From assembly GCA_951406725.2 (NCBI GenBank), contig OX597819.1:30938001-31002000 (forward strand): a stretch of 64,000 nucleotides of DNA, in the 5' to 3' direction. The position numbers and the translations under genes were made by a program. The notes beneath the pieces were generated by a model. It saw nothing but the letters and a program-made list of their open reading frames with translations. It was not told the origin of the DNA and searched no databases. The DNA is from Octopus vulgaris. Its lineage: Eukaryota. Below, in pieces: positions 63,793 to 64,000 of this stretch (positions within the stretch are counted from its first letter, which is position 1; each line of letters starts with the position of its first letter).

Positions 63793-64000
63793 GGCTAAAC
63801 ACAACTAATTCTTATAAAATAATAACAAAAAAATGCACAAAACTAAACAAAAACACTGGGAAAAACACAACAGAGATGCTGCCACAATGAGATAAACACA
63901 TGAAGTGAGCAAGCAGAGGCTGTGCTTGTTGGGAGAGTGTGTGCAAGCTCAGCACCAACTGGCGTTTGCCTGTATGAAACTCACTCATACTGTAAGTTTC

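Overview
AT-rich, repeat-dominated animal genomic DNA. The SINE/MITE repertoire and (TA)n/(CA)n load look like a coleoid cephalopod, probably Octopus (inference). Only one host coding segment is supported: a 2-kb minus-strand exon (10746-8702) carrying the start codon and N-terminal coiled-coil of a BCR/ABR-like Rho regulator; its other exons are not evident in the window. The rest is intron/intergenic sequence containing several SINE families, non-autonomous Helitrons (including a head-to-tail dimer), MITEs (8-bp-TSD Merlin-like, piggyBac-like, mariner-like), a decayed Tigger/pogo transposase, and CR1, RTE and L1/Tx1 fragments. It also holds two different Penelope-like (GIY-YIG) remnants. The most notable signal is a set of type I hammerhead-ribozyme motifs, some canonical and some with recurrent core variants, in Penelope ends and in short fold-back elements sitting in TA microsatellites. 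Almost all long ORFs in the track are microsatellite artefacts. All alignments and folds were done by eye.
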